Origin: Pseudomonadota bacterium
GTDB lineage: Bacteria; Myxococcota_A; Polyangia; GCA-2747355
Reading direction: 5' to 3'
Length of the DNA: 64,000 nt
NCBI GenBank assembly: GCA_016702545.1
Contig: JADJDT010000008.1
Span: 192,683-256,682 of the forward strand
Shown here: positions 1 to 9,613 of the stretch, piece by piece
Position numbering within the stretch: position 1 is the first letter of the stretch
How the letters are laid out: each line of letters starts with the position of its first letter
Position numbers and translations under genes: made by a program
The notes under the pieces: model-generated
Told to the model about the DNA's origin: nothing
Database searches by the model: none
What the model saw: only the letters and a program-made list of their open reading frames with translations

Positions 1-1593
1 GCGGCCCGGCTGACGGAGGCCTGGCTGGCCCAGGCGACGACCCTGACCGGTCAGGTGCAGGGAGTCGGCTACAGCACGCAGCTGGTCGGCTCGAGCAGCG
101 CGGGCGGCGCGCTGGTGGCCGAGGCGAGCGCCTCCTTCGAGCTGCCGGCGGGTGCCGGGCCGCGCTGTGCGGTGGCACCGGCGCGTCCGCCCGCGGCGCC
201 CGTTTGCTCGCGTGCCGTGTTGCCGCCCACCGACCGCGTCGGCGCGATGTACGCAATCTCGATCAGCGACGGCCTGCTCAATCAGGCGCTCTACACCGCC
301 TGGTCGGCGGGCACCCTCTGCCTCGACAGCGCCTCGCCGCTCTTTACGCGCTGGGCGGGCTCGCCCGAGCTGTTGGTGGCCACCCTCGGCCTGCCGGCGG
401 GCACCCAGCTCGCCTTCACGGTGGGGCTGGCCCAACCCCCGCGGCTCGACCTCTCGGTGGGTCGCGGCGCCGAGCTGCGCCTCGAGGGCATGCAGCTCGC
501 CGTCTCGGCCAGTCTGCCGGGAGCGCAGCGCGGGTCGTTCACGGTGCATGCGGACGCCAGCGGGACGGCGCGGCCGTGGATCGACCCGGCCTCTCACGGC
601 CTGATGTTGGCGTTGGGGCCCGTCACCCTCAGCCGACTGGCCGTGCAGCCCCAGACCGGTCCGGGGCTGAGCCTCGACCCGGCCCGCGTGCAGGACTTCC
701 TCGCGCAGGTCGTGGTCCCGCTCTTCGAGGCGCGACTCTCTGCGCTGCCCCTCTCGCCGGTCGTGGTCGATGCGCGGCGCTTCCTGCTCGAGCTGAAGCA
801 GGTCTTCGTCGGCGATGGCTTCATCGCCCTGCACGCCGATGCGCATCCGATGAAGCCCGCCCTGCCCGATAACTTGCCGCCGGAGACGGTGCTGCCTGTC
901 CCGCCGGCGCCGCTGGTCGGCCCGCGGCTATTGACGCTGACGCTCGGCGGCTCGGACAACGCTACGCCACCCGCGCTGCTGCGCTTCGAGACGCGCGTGG
1001 ATCGCGGCGCCTGGAGTGGCCCGCGCTTCGGTGCGCAGGCGGAGCTCGCGCTAGCGGCCGGCGCCCACCTGGTCGAGGCGCGCGCCGTGGACCTCGCCGG
1101 TAACAGCGACCCCACGCCGCTGGCCTTGACGCTGACCGTCGACGCGGTCCCGCCGACGCTGGAGATCACTTCGGCACTGGAGGCGCTACTGACCGACGGC
1201 GGGGCGGCCGTGCGCTTCCGCGGCGCCGACGACCGCACGCCCGTCGAGGCGCTCGAGCTCAGCGCCGAGCTGTGGCGCGTGCCGGACGGTGGTGGCGCGC
1301 CGGAGCTGAAGCGCGCCGAGCGCTTGCCCAGCGGGGCGCAGAGCGTGCGGCTCGCGGTGGACGGTGAGGGCGTCTTCCGCCTGCGGGTGATCGTGCGCGA
1401 CCAGGCCGGCAACGCGACCTCGGCCGAACGCGGGTTCGTCGTCGATCGCGGCGGCTGCGCGCTGGTCGGGGGCGGGGCTGGCCGAGGCACCAGGCTTGCG
1501 TTGCTGCTGCTTGCCGTTCTACTGCTCGGTGCGCAGCGGCGCGGGCGCCGCGGGGGAGCAGGCCATTCTCGCACCAGCCGCGCTGACCGCTAG
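1..1593 (+). CDS. Secreted MYXO-CTERM-anchored protein, 5'-partial (possible BPI/TULIP-like lipid-binding region plus Ig-like region)
   Basis: Frame 1 is open from nt 1 (track ORF 55..1593 starts at an internal GTG) and GC3 is high. The C-terminus DRGGCALVGGGAGRGTRLALLLLAVLLLGAQRRGRRGG has a Gly/Cys motif, a TM helix and an Arg cluster, as in MYXO-CTERM sorting signals. Confidence 0.7.
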   Translation, partial: AARLTEAWLAQATTLTGQVQGVGYSTQLVGSSSAGGALVAEASASFELPAGAGPRCAVAPARPPAAPVCSRAVLPPTDRVGAMYAISISDGLLNQALYTAWSAGTLCLDSASPLFTRWAGSPELLVATLGLPAGTQLAFTVGLAQPPRLDLSVGRGAELRLEGMQLAVSASLPGAQRGSFTVHADASGTARPWIDPASHGLMLALGPVTLSRLAVQPQTGPGLSLDPARVQDFLAQVVVPLFEARLSALPLSPVVVDARRFLLELKQVFVGDGFIALHADAHPMKPALPDNLPPETVLPVPPAPLVGPRLLTLTLGGSDNATPPALLRFETRVDRGAWSGPRFGAQAELALAAGAHLVEARAVDLAGNSDPTPLALTLTVDAVPPTLEITSALEALLTDGGAAVRFRGADDRTPVEALELSAELWRVPDGGGAPELKRAERLPSGAQSVRLAVDGEGVFRLRVIVRDQAGNATSAERGFVVDRGGCALVGGGAGRGTRLALLLLAVLLLGAQRRGRRGGAGHSRTSRADR

Positions 1594-2992
1594 CCGCCCG
1601 ACCTGGGTCGTCCTCTGGGCGGCCGCGGCGCTGCTCTGCGGGCCGCTGGCGTTGCCGGCCCGCGCCGGACCGGTAGGGACGATCTTCTCCGGGGCCGCGG
1701 CGGCCGATCCGGCGGCGGTCTATTGGAACCCCGCGGCGATGACGCTGCTCGAGGGTACGCGTACGCTCTTCTACGCGGGCGCCTTCACCACCAGCGTGCG
1801 CTATCAGCGGTCGAGCCCGAGTCTCCTCGACGGCTCGATTTACCCGGAGGCGCGCTTCACGATCGCCAGCGCGCGGCCGACCTTCGCGCTGGTGACCGAC
1901 GCCGGCCTCCGCGATTGGCGCTTCGGGCTCAGCTTTGGCATCCCGACCATCGACGGCGTCAAGTGGTCCTACTCCTATCAGGGTCGCCCCTCGTCGACGC
2001 GCTATCACGGGCTCGATCCGCTCTTCGGCGAGCTGCTGATCACGACCGCCGCGGCCTATCGCCTCGCGCCCTGGTTGTCGCTGGCGCTCGGCTTCGATGT
2101 CGCTGGCGTGCTACTGCGGCACCGCGTCGTGATCGACTTCGGCGCGCGCACCAACGAGCTGATCTGCGCGCGGCTCGGTGTGCAGAGCTGTGTCATCAAC
2201 GCGCCCTTCGCTCGCGAGGACCCCGGCAACGACGGCCGCGTGGCGGTGGACGGCTTCGGCTGGGGCGTGGGGCTGACCGCCGGTGCCCTGCTGGAGCCCG
2301 CGCCGTGGCTGCGGCTCGGGCTCGGGGTGCATCAGAACGCGGGCGAGGTGCAGATCCCCGCCGAGACGACGGTGCAGGTGCCGCCGGCGATCGCCAGCTT
2401 CGTCGCCCAGAGCCTGCCGGGTGTGGCGCTGCCACCGCTGCGCGCGCACGCGGACGTGGCGGTCCGGGTGCCGGTGATCGTGACGGCGGGCGTCGCGGTG
2501 TTACCGGTGCAGCGCCTCGAGCTGGGCCTCGACCTGCACTGGATGAACCTCTCGGCCACGCAGACGATCGTCGGCGTGGTGCGGCGCAGCACCACCGAGC
2601 TGATCGAGGACGTCGTGCTGACGCGCGGGCGCTCCGACTTCTATCTGCTGGCGTTGCGCGGCGCCTACCGCGTCCTGCCCAACTTCACGACGGCGCTGCG
2701 GCTCGAGTACGGGACCAACACGCGACCCGAGGAGTTCGTCACGCCGACGAGCATCGACGCGGACCGCATCGTGCTCAGCGCCGGGGTCGGCTGGCAGCTG
2801 CTGCCGTGGTTGCGCCTCTACGGCGAGTTCTCGCACTTCGTGATCTTCGCGCGCGACGTCAACGTCAGCCGCTTCGCCCCCAACGCCAATCCGACGACGG
2901 CCGTCGAGCAGAGCTTCGATCTGCCGTCGCCGACCGGGCGCTATGTGCCGTCGGCGGACGCGCTCGGTGTTGGGGTGGAGCTGGGGTTCTGA
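1529..2992 (+). CDS. Outer-membrane transport protein, FadL/OMPP1/TodX-like beta-barrel
   Basis: Signal peptide ...LWAAAALLCGPLALPARA, then the motif AAVYWNPAAM. The body is Gly/aromatic-rich and ends ...GVGVELGF with a terminal Phe. Start is uncertain: I chose the GTG at 1529, while the track ORF starts at 1496. Confidence 0.65.
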   Translation: MRSGAGAAGEQAILAPAALTASRPTWVVLWAAAALLCGPLALPARAGPVGTIFSGAAAADPAAVYWNPAAMTLLEGTRTLFYAGAFTTSVRYQRSSPSLLDGSIYPEARFTIASARPTFALVTDAGLRDWRFGLSFGIPTIDGVKWSYSYQGRPSSTRYHGLDPLFGELLITTAAAYRLAPWLSLALGFDVAGVLLRHRVVIDFGARTNELICARLGVQSCVINAPFAREDPGNDGRVAVDGFGWGVGLTAGALLEPAPWLRLGLGVHQNAGEVQIPAETTVQVPPAIASFVAQSLPGVALPPLRAHADVAVRVPVIVTAGVAVLPVQRLELGLDLHWMNLSATQTIVGVVRRSTTELIEDVVLTRGRSDFYLLALRGAYRVLPNFTTALRLEYGTNTRPEEFVTPTSIDADRIVLSAGVGWQLLPWLRLYGEFSHFVIFARDVNVSRFAPNANPTTAVEQSFDLPSPTGRYVPSADALGVGVELGF

Positions 2993-3435
2993 GGCGGCGT
3001 CAGCGGACCGCGGGCGAAGACGTGCTCCAGCAGCTCGAGGCCGCCGAGCAGGTGCTGCTGGATGATCCGCTCCATCACCTCGACGGTCACCCCGTGGTAC
3101 CAGGTGCCCTCGGGGTAGACCACGCAGATCGGCCCCTGCTCGCAGATGCGGAGGCAATCGACCTTGTTGCGGAGCACGCGACCGCGGCCCGCCGGGGTGG
3201 CCGCCACCGCGGGGGCAGCGACCGCCGCGTCGCCGGCCCGGCTGGGCGGGGTGCCGCTGAGCCCGAGCTCGTGCAGGCGCCGTTTGAGGTAGGCCCAGAC
3301 GCGCTGGCCCTCCTCGCGCGTCGCGCAGCGCGCCACCGTGGGCGCCGCACAGAGCAGCACGTGGCGCTGGTTGTTGCCGAGCGCCAGCGCGCGCGCGATG
3401 CCCTCCAGGCCTGGCCTATCCAGTGCCGCCGCCAT
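2941..3435 (-). CDS. Thioredoxin-like [2Fe-2S] ferredoxin family protein
   Basis: Internal ATG of ORF 2941..3537. Motifs HVLLCAAPTVARCATREEG and VDCLRICEQGPICVVYPEGTWYHGVT are typical of this fold. It starts 5 nt after the Tex-like stop. The 3' end overlaps the convergent gene by 52 nt, so the true stop is uncertain. Confidence 0.6.
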   Translation of the reverse strand: MAAALDRPGLEGIARALALGNNQRHVLLCAAPTVARCATREEGQRVWAYLKRRLHELGLSGTPPSRAGDAAVAAPAVAATPAGRGRVLRNKVDCLRICEQGPICVVYPEGTWYHGVTVEVMERIIQQHLLGGLELLEHVFARGPLTPPQNPSSTPTPSASADGT

Positions 3436-3439
3436 CGCG

Positions 3440-5167
3440 CTACTTCTTGAACAGGCGTTCGAGGTTGGCCAAGGCGGCGGCCCGGGTGCCGGGCCGGGCG
3501 CGCGCGCCACCGGCGTCGCCCGCGCGCGTGGCGCCACCCTCGGCGGGGCCCTTGCGCGCCTGCGTGCGCAGGCTCATGGCGATGCGCCCCCGCGCCGCGT
3601 CGACCGACAGCACGCGCGCCGTGACCTGCTGTCCGATCGTGACCACCTCGGTCGGGTTGCTGACGAACTCGTCGGAGAGCTCGGAGACGTGGACCAGCCC
3701 CTCCTGGGCCAAGCCGATCGAGATGAAGGCGCCGAAGTGCGAGATGTTGGTCACGACGCCGTGGACCGTCATGCCGCCGCGCAGATCAGCGAGCGACCGC
3801 ACCATGGGGTTGAGTCGCGCGATGCTCGCGTTGCCCCGCGCCACCGGGACCCCGGGCTGCATCGGCCGCGCCCGCCGGCGCTCGAGGCGCGAGAGCTCGA
3901 TGGTCTCCGTCAGCGCCGCCCGCAGCCGGTCCGCGTCGAGGTCGCTCTGGTACTCGGCGAGCCCGATGCCCACCGGATCGACGGCGCACCATTCCTTGAA
4001 GGGGTCGAGGGCGCGGCGCGCGATCACCAGCGCCGAGGCGACCGCCGTGCTGAGGCGCAAGGGTGGTTGGACCAGCGGCTGACGGGCCTCGGCCAAGGCG
4101 GCCGGGCGGACCCGGACGAGCTGCAGCCCGGCCGCGTTGCAGGGCGCCTCGACGCTGTTGAGCAGCTCGGCGACCGGCGTGCTGGTCGGCAGCACCACCT
4201 GCGTCACGGCATGCTCCTGGAGCAGCGCGATCGCCTTCTCCTGCCATGGGCCCTGGGCCTTGAGCACGCGCTGCGCGATCAGGTCGCCGTCGCGCTCGGC
4301 GACCACCACCGCCACGGTCGGCGCTCCGCCCGAGAGCAGGTAGAGCGCGCCGACGCGCCGCGTCTGCAGCGGGGCCGTGCGCAGCAGGCCGTTGAGGCTC
4401 TCGCAGGCCGCCTGGATCGCCTCCTGCTCGGCCTCCTGGTCGAGCAGCGCCAGCACGCGCCGCGGCAGGTCGTCGAGCACCAGCTCCTCGAGCAGCGAGC
4501 TGTCACTGCGTTCGCTGACGGTCGGGCCGAGGTGCGAGCGGTAGAGCGCCGTCTGCTCCAGCAGCGCCGCCGTGGGCAGCTCGAGCTCGAGGGCCAGCAC
4601 CCGCGCGCGCTCACCGCGCCGCAGCGCCAGCCAGCGGTGCCCCGGCAGCTCACTCAGCGCCGTGGTCGTGCCGGCGAAGGCCTCGTAGGGGGCGGCCACC
4701 GGCGCGTCGGCGCTGAGCGCGCGGCAGCGGACCGCGCCCTGCTGGCGGGCCAGCCGCAGGCTCGCGCGCCAGAGCTCGACGCCCGCGAGCAGCGCCCGCA
4801 GCCAGGCCGGGTCTTCGAGCCCCTGCGCCGGCGGCACGAGCGCCGCCACGCGCACCAAGGCCTCGAGCTCGTCCGGGGTCTCGGTGGCGTCCAGCGCCGT
4901 CGGGGGCAGCGGCGGCTGACCGACCTCTTGGCGGCGCTGTTCGAGCTGGCCGCGGCGTTGGCGCCAGGCGCGCCAGGCGCGGCAGCTGGTGGCGAGCCGG
5001 CGCAGCGCCTCGACGGGCAGGTGGCCGAACTCGTCGCCGTAGTGGCTCAAGAGGTCCGCCACCGAATGACCGCGGCCGGTCAGCGTGGCCGCTTGCTCGG
5101 CCAGGATCTCGGACAGCCCGTCGAGCTCGGTGGCCCGGGTGGCCTGAAGGAAGCGCCAGAAGCTCAT
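3440..5167 (-). CDS. Tex-like RNA-binding transcription accessory protein (YqgF/HhH region plus C-terminal S1 domain)
   Basis: The C-terminal S1 motif is GMTVHGVVTNISHFGAFISIGLAQEGLVHVSELSDEFV...GQQVTARVLSVD. At 575 aa it is shorter than canonical Tex. Confidence 0.7.
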   Translation of the reverse strand: MSFWRFLQATRATELDGLSEILAEQAATLTGRGHSVADLLSHYGDEFGHLPVEALRRLATSCRAWRAWRQRRGQLEQRRQEVGQPPLPPTALDATETPDELEALVRVAALVPPAQGLEDPAWLRALLAGVELWRASLRLARQQGAVRCRALSADAPVAAPYEAFAGTTTALSELPGHRWLALRRGERARVLALELELPTAALLEQTALYRSHLGPTVSERSDSSLLEELVLDDLPRRVLALLDQEAEQEAIQAACESLNGLLRTAPLQTRRVGALYLLSGGAPTVAVVVAERDGDLIAQRVLKAQGPWQEKAIALLQEHAVTQVVLPTSTPVAELLNSVEAPCNAAGLQLVRVRPAALAEARQPLVQPPLRLSTAVASALVIARRALDPFKEWCAVDPVGIGLAEYQSDLDADRLRAALTETIELSRLERRRARPMQPGVPVARGNASIARLNPMVRSLADLRGGMTVHGVVTNISHFGAFISIGLAQEGLVHVSELSDEFVSNPTEVVTIGQQVTARVLSVDAARGRIAMSLRTQARKGPAEGGATRAGDAGGARARPGTRAAALANLERLFKK

Positions 5168-5171
5168 CGTC

Positions 5172-6092
5172 TCAGCTACTGCCGTCGCGGGGTTGAGGGT
5201 TGGCGGCGTCAGCGGCCTCCGACGGGGAGACCGGCCGCTCGAAGCCCAGCGCGCGCAGGATGTCCGTCTCGTCCTCGAGGACTTCCAGCTCGTCGCGGGT
5301 CAAAGGCTCGCCGGCGGCCAGCTTGGCCTCGCGGCGTTCGCGGCGGCGCTCGGCCGCGTAGTGATAGACCTCTTCGGTCAGGCCCAGCGCCAGATAGCAC
5401 GAAATCAGGAACACGAAGACGAAGGAGGCCGGCAGCCCGGCGATGATGATGGCGCAGCTCAGGGCGATCAGGAAGAGCAGCCCGAGCGTGCGCTTGGTCA
5501 GGCGGATGTCCTTGAAGCTGCGAAAGCGCACGCGGCTGACCATCAGGTAGGCCAGGATCACGACCAGCGTGGCGAGCGCGCTCTGGCCGACCGCGAGGTA
5601 GTGCCCACCGATGCGGTAGTGCACGACGACCAGCGCGACGATCATCGAGGCGGCGGCCGGCGTCGGCAGGCCGAGGAAGTAGCGGCCGGCCTTGCCCTGC
5701 TGCTCGTGCCGCGTCAGCACGTTGAAGCGTGCCAAGCGCAGGGCCGCCGCGGCGACGAAGAGGAAGGAGATGAAGACCCCCGCCATGCCGAAGCGCGTCA
5801 GACCCCACTTGTAGACCAGCATCGCCGGAGCCGCGCCGAACGAGATCACATCGGCCAGCGAGTCGAGCTGCAGGCCGAGCTCGCTCTGCGTGCGGGTGAG
5901 GCGGGCCACGCGGCCGTCGAAGAGATCGAAGAAGAAGCCGAAGCAGATCGCCAGGGCGGCCTCGTAGAGCTCCTCGATGCGCACGGCCCCCGCGCAGCGC
6001 GTCAGCGCGAAGAAGCCGCAGAAGACATTGGCCAGCGTGAACAGATTGGGCAGGATGAAATACGTCTTCCGCAGCTTCATCGGCACGTTCAT
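5172..6092 (-). CDS. pssA: CDP-diacylglycerol--serine O-phosphatidyltransferase
   Basis: CDP-alcohol phosphatidyltransferase motif FDLFDGRVARLTRTQSELGLQLDSLADVISFG, with multiple TM helices. Start set at ATG MNVPMKLRKTYFILPN; the track ORF begins at an upstream TTG (6116). Confidence 0.8.
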   Translation of the reverse strand: MNVPMKLRKTYFILPNLFTLANVFCGFFALTRCAGAVRIEELYEAALAICFGFFFDLFDGRVARLTRTQSELGLQLDSLADVISFGAAPAMLVYKWGLTRFGMAGVFISFLFVAAAALRLARFNVLTRHEQQGKAGRYFLGLPTPAAASMIVALVVVHYRIGGHYLAVGQSALATLVVILAYLMVSRVRFRSFKDIRLTKRTLGLLFLIALSCAIIIAGLPASFVFVFLISCYLALGLTEEVYHYAAERRRERREAKLAAGEPLTRDELEVLEDETDILRALGFERPVSPSEAADAANPQPRDGSS

Positions 6093-6117
6093 CGGCCTCG
6101 CCCCGCTCCTGGTCAAG

Positions 6118-6555
6118 CTACAACAGCCCCTGGCCCGGGGCGCGCGCCCGGCGCTGCCGAAGGAGGACGCCCAGCGGCCAGACCAGCGCGGCGGCGTCGG
6201 CCACGCGGATCAGCGCCAAGGGCCACGGCGTCCACAGCCCGCCCACCTGCTGTAGCACGGCGTTGACCGCAAGTTCGAGCGCGAAACACGCCAGCACCAG
6301 CAGCGTGGCCGCGACCCAGGGGCGCGCGACGAGCAAGGGGCCGACCACCCAGGCCACCGGCAGCAGCCCAAGGAGCTTGCTGCCGTCGAGCGCGAGCGCG
6401 CCGAGCGCCAGCTGGAGCCACGGTGAGAGCTGTTCGACGCCCCGCCGCGCGGCCCAGCCCAGCAGCCGCCCGGCGAGCGTCGCGTGCACGAGATAGGCCG
6501 CCAGCGTGCCGAAGAGCAGCAAGCTCGCCTCGCGGGCCAGCAGGCGGAGGTTCAT
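6118..6555 (-). CDS. Hypothetical integral membrane protein
   Basis: 145 aa with four hydrophobic stretches and high GC3. Its ATG overlaps the truA stop as ATGA, consistent with translational coupling. No family recognised. Confidence 0.5.
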   Translation of the reverse strand: MNLRLLAREASLLLFGTLAAYLVHATLAGRLLGWAARRGVEQLSPWLQLALGALALDGSKLLGLLPVAWVVGPLLVARPWVAATLLVLACFALELAVNAVLQQVGGLWTPWPLALIRVADAAALVWPLGVLLRQRRARAPGQGLL

Positions 6556-7292
6556 AGCAGGTGGACCTTGACCAGCGCGAGGCCGTGCGCCGGGGCGGTC
6601 GGGCCCGCGCGCCGCCGATCGCCGTCGCGCAGCAACTCACCGATGATCGCCGGGGACATCCGGCCGCGCCCGATCTCGACCAGCGTCCCGGCGATGATGC
6701 GCACCATGTTCTTGAGGAAGGCCGTGCCCTCGATGTCGAGCAGCAGGCCCGGCCCCTCGACGCTGCTGACGCTGGCGCGATGGAGCGTGCGGTGGGTATC
6801 GAGGCGATCGCAGTCGGCGGCGCGAAACGCGGCGAAGTCGTGCTGGCCGACCAGGGACCAGGCCGCGACCGCCATCGCCGTGGCGTCGAGCCGCCCGCGC
6901 AGGTGCCAGGCGTGGCCGCTCAAGGGCGCCTGCAACGCGCGGGCGTTGTGGATCGTGTAGCGGTAGTGCTTGCCGGCGCTGTCGCGGCGCGCGTCGAAGT
7001 CCGGATCGACGTCCTCGGCGCTGCGGACGACGATATCGGGCGGCAGCAGTCCGTTGAGGCCGTGCAGCAGCGCCGCGCAGGGCAGGGCGCTGTCGGTCTT
7101 GAAGTTGGCCACCTGCCCCAGGGCATGCACGCCGGCGTCGGTGCGGCCGGCGCCGCGCAGGCGACAGGGGCGCTGGGTGAGTTGCAGCAGGCGCGCCTCG
7201 ATCGCGCCCTGCACCGTGGGTTGGACGGGCTGCAGCTGCCAGCCGTGATACGCGGTGCCATCGTAGGCGATGGTCAGGCGGATATTACGCAT
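6552..7292 (-). CDS. truA: tRNA pseudouridine(38-40) synthase
   Basis: The N-terminus MRNIRLTIAYDGTAYHGWQLQP and the motif GAGRTDAGVHALGQVANF (catalytic Asp) are the classic TruA signature. Confidence 0.92.
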   Translation of the reverse strand: MRNIRLTIAYDGTAYHGWQLQPVQPTVQGAIEARLLQLTQRPCRLRGAGRTDAGVHALGQVANFKTDSALPCAALLHGLNGLLPPDIVVRSAEDVDPDFDARRDSAGKHYRYTIHNARALQAPLSGHAWHLRGRLDATAMAVAAWSLVGQHDFAAFRAADCDRLDTHRTLHRASVSSVEGPGLLLDIEGTAFLKNMVRIIAGTLVEIGRGRMSPAIIGELLRDGDRRRAGPTAPAHGLALVKVHLL

Positions 7293-7323
7293 CGTCGCGC
7301 CGAGGACTGCCGCCGGCAGGCTC

Positions 7324-7489
7324 CTAGCCGAAACCAGCGCGCCAGAGCGGTCGGAGAATGTTTTGGGCCTGGCCGAGCCGACAGGCGAGCGTTATGGGAG
7401 TGAATCGCGGGGCAGTCCGCGGCGCACCGGAGCGGAGCCCCGGTAACGATGATCGGCTGGCGCAGCGCGGGACGACTGGCTTGGCCTAA
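7324..7489. repeat. CTAG-hairpin MITE/REP-like element, copy 1
   Basis: About 95 nt align closely to the reverse complement of 14186-14281, for example gagccgacaggcgagcgttatggg in both. The far end (agcgcgggacg...ttggcctaaaa) matches the 14099-14140 arm. It is intergenic between truA and the upstream OMP gene. Confidence 0.7.
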
Positions 7490-8286
7490 AACTCGAAGGC
7501 GATGCCCGCCGAGAAGGTCGTGTCGCCCACATCGGGCAGTCGCTTGGACTCGACGTGGACCAGCTCGCCGAAGAGGTAGCTGTGGTTGACGCCATAGTCA
7601 GCATCGAGTCTGCGAGCGGCGCTCGGCTCGAGCGCGTCCAGCCGTAGGGCCAGCCCACCCGCCAGCTGCCAGCCGAGGTTGCCGCCCTGGCCGCGCAGCG
7701 CGGTCGTGCCCCCCGGCGGGGTGGCGGTCGAGACGCTGCCGCTGCCATTGCGCATCCACCACAGCGTGTAGTTGAGGCCCCCCTTGAAGTAGGGGACGAG
7801 CGGCACGTTGAGCCGGTCGGCCAGCACGTCGAAGCGGTAGATCAGCAGCGCGGCGAGCGGCACCAGCGTCAGGCGCGTGCTATCGCCGCTCACGCGATTG
7901 GCGCTGCCGGCGCACGAGACCTGGGCCGGGTCCGTCGCGTCGCCCTGGCGGCAGGCCGCGGCCGCCTTCGAGTAGTAGCCCGCGGAGCCGCCGATCGCGA
8001 TGCTGCCGAAGCCGCGCCAGAGCTGGACGTCGAACTCGGTCTGCCAGAGCACGGCGCTGCCGCCGCCGAAGAGGTCGGCGAAGGGCGTGGCCGTCGTCCC
8101 CTTGCTCGCGAACTCGCTGTCGAGATCGGGGCTGTAGGGGCCCAGCTTCAGCTCCAAGGCGAACGACTGCGGCGAGGCATAGGAGCGCCTTGGCGTGTCG
8201 GCCCGCGCGGCCGTCAGCGGCAGCGCCAGCGCGCCGCAGGCGAAACTGAGCAACGCTACCTGAGCGCGGCGGAGCTGGCCCTTCAT
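7486..8286 (-). CDS. Outer-membrane beta-barrel protein (MXAN_2562-like)
   Basis: Internal ATG of track ORF 7486..9558. Signal peptide MKGQLRRAQVALLSFACGALALPLTAARA, a beta-strand-like body, and the C-terminus SAGIAFEF. Its ATG overlaps the upstream stop as ATGA. Confidence 0.7.
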   Translation of the reverse strand: MKGQLRRAQVALLSFACGALALPLTAARADTPRRSYASPQSFALELKLGPYSPDLDSEFASKGTTATPFADLFGGGSAVLWQTEFDVQLWRGFGSIAIGGSAGYYSKAAAACRQGDATDPAQVSCAGSANRVSGDSTRLTLVPLAALLIYRFDVLADRLNVPLVPYFKGGLNYTLWWMRNGSGSVSTATPPGGTTALRGQGGNLGWQLAGGLALRLDALEPSAARRLDADYGVNHSYLFGELVHVESKRLPDVGDTTFSAGIAFEF

Positions 8287-9613
8287 CCTCGCCTCCCCTG
8301 GCGCGCCGCCCGCCGCTGCGAGCGCCGCTGTCCGCGGGCCAGGGCCAGCAGCAGCAGCGCGCCGCCGACCAGCAGCAGCGTGACGCCGCCGCGGGTGTGG
8401 GCCGCCGTGGCGCAGCCGTAACCGCCCCTGGCCTTGCCGCCCTGCGCGAGATAGCGCTCCCAGAGGTCCTGGGTGGCCACGGGGGTGGTCGTGCCCAGGT
8501 CGACCGGCGCGCTGGTATTGCCGGCGCGATCGACAGCCACGACGTAGAAGCGATAGGCCTGGCCGTCGGTCAGCCCCGTGATCGAGAGGGAACCCGGCGC
8601 GACGCTGTCCGAGCAGACGTAGAGCGGATTCTCGAGCAGCCCGCTCGCGCTGCCGCTGCTGCCGTCGCTCACCGTGGCGGCCACGGCCGCGTCGCTGCGC
8701 GCCTCGGCGGCTCGCGCGTCGGCGATGCCCCCGTCGAGAGCCCTCGCATCGGTCGCGCCCCCGTCGGCCGCGCCGCCATCGCCCGAGGTCAGCGCGGCGC
8801 TGCTGACGCCGGCATCGGCGCTGCTCGCGCTGGCCGTCGAGCAGGCTGTCGCGGGGCTGCTGAAGATCGGCGTCTTGCTCGCCGTGCTGCGCCAGGGCCC
8901 GGCGATCGCGCCGTCGACCAGGCGCGCGCAGAGCAGCTGGTAGCGCACGTCCTGCTCGCTGGTCGAGCCGGCCTTGAAGCTGACCGTGGCCAGGTTCTCT
9001 CCCCCGCTGGGGTCCGCGCTCTTCACGGGTGCGGTCGGCGGCTTGCCGTCGACCTCGTAGGCCAGGGCGGGTTCGAGCTTGCGCACCGCGGTCTGGTCTT
9101 GACCGACGTAGACCGTGAGGGCCAACGACTTGCGGTCGGGCGTGCAGCCGCCCGGCATCAGCTGGCGCACGGTGGCCTCGAAGACGATGTTCGTCTCCTG
9201 GTTGCCGATGCGACCCGAGCTCACCAGCACGCATTGATTCGCATCCTGGACGATGCGCTGCTCGGAATCGAGGCAGTTGGCGCCGGCGACCACGAAGTAC
9301 GATTCGGTGGTGTTGCTGCGGTCGGTCGTGATCTCGATCTCGACGCGGACGCGCCGCCGATCGGCGGTGCACTCGCAGCGCACCTGATTGAAGAGCGTCT
9401 CGGTCGTCAGCTTGGTCTTGGTCGCCAGGTCGAGGGTCGCGTCGTCGAACCTGACCTCTCTGAATTGCTTGACGGCGAAGGTCGAGCTGCTCGTCTGCGC
9501 GGCCGCGGGGCCGAGCAGACCCGCGAAGGCGGCGAGGCAGCCCAGACCGAGCGGCCACCAGCGGCCCAGCCGAGCGACAAGGGTCAGGACCCGATCGGCA
9601 ATAAACTGATCAT
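8283..9613 (-). CDS. MYXO-CTERM-anchored secreted protein (MXAN_2561-like), start unresolved
   Basis: The C-terminus GGYGCATAAHTRGGVTLLLVGGALLLLALARGQRRSQRR is a MYXO-CTERM-type tail. The signal peptide LVARLGRWWPLGLGCLAAFAGLLGPAAAQ has no in-frame ATG/GTG/TTG before it. The nearest ATG (9613) is in another frame, suggesting an indel near 9590. Confidence 0.6.

Noticed and set aside
3338-5446. 702-aa plus-strand ORF; similar long ORFs at 26723..29266 (-), 56322..58643 (+) and 7486..9558 upstream part
   Set aside because: They overlap strongly supported genes (Tex-like, FG-GAP protein, alaS, MYXO-CTERM protein) on the opposite strand or in another frame. They have no motifs and extreme Arg/Pro/Gly content.
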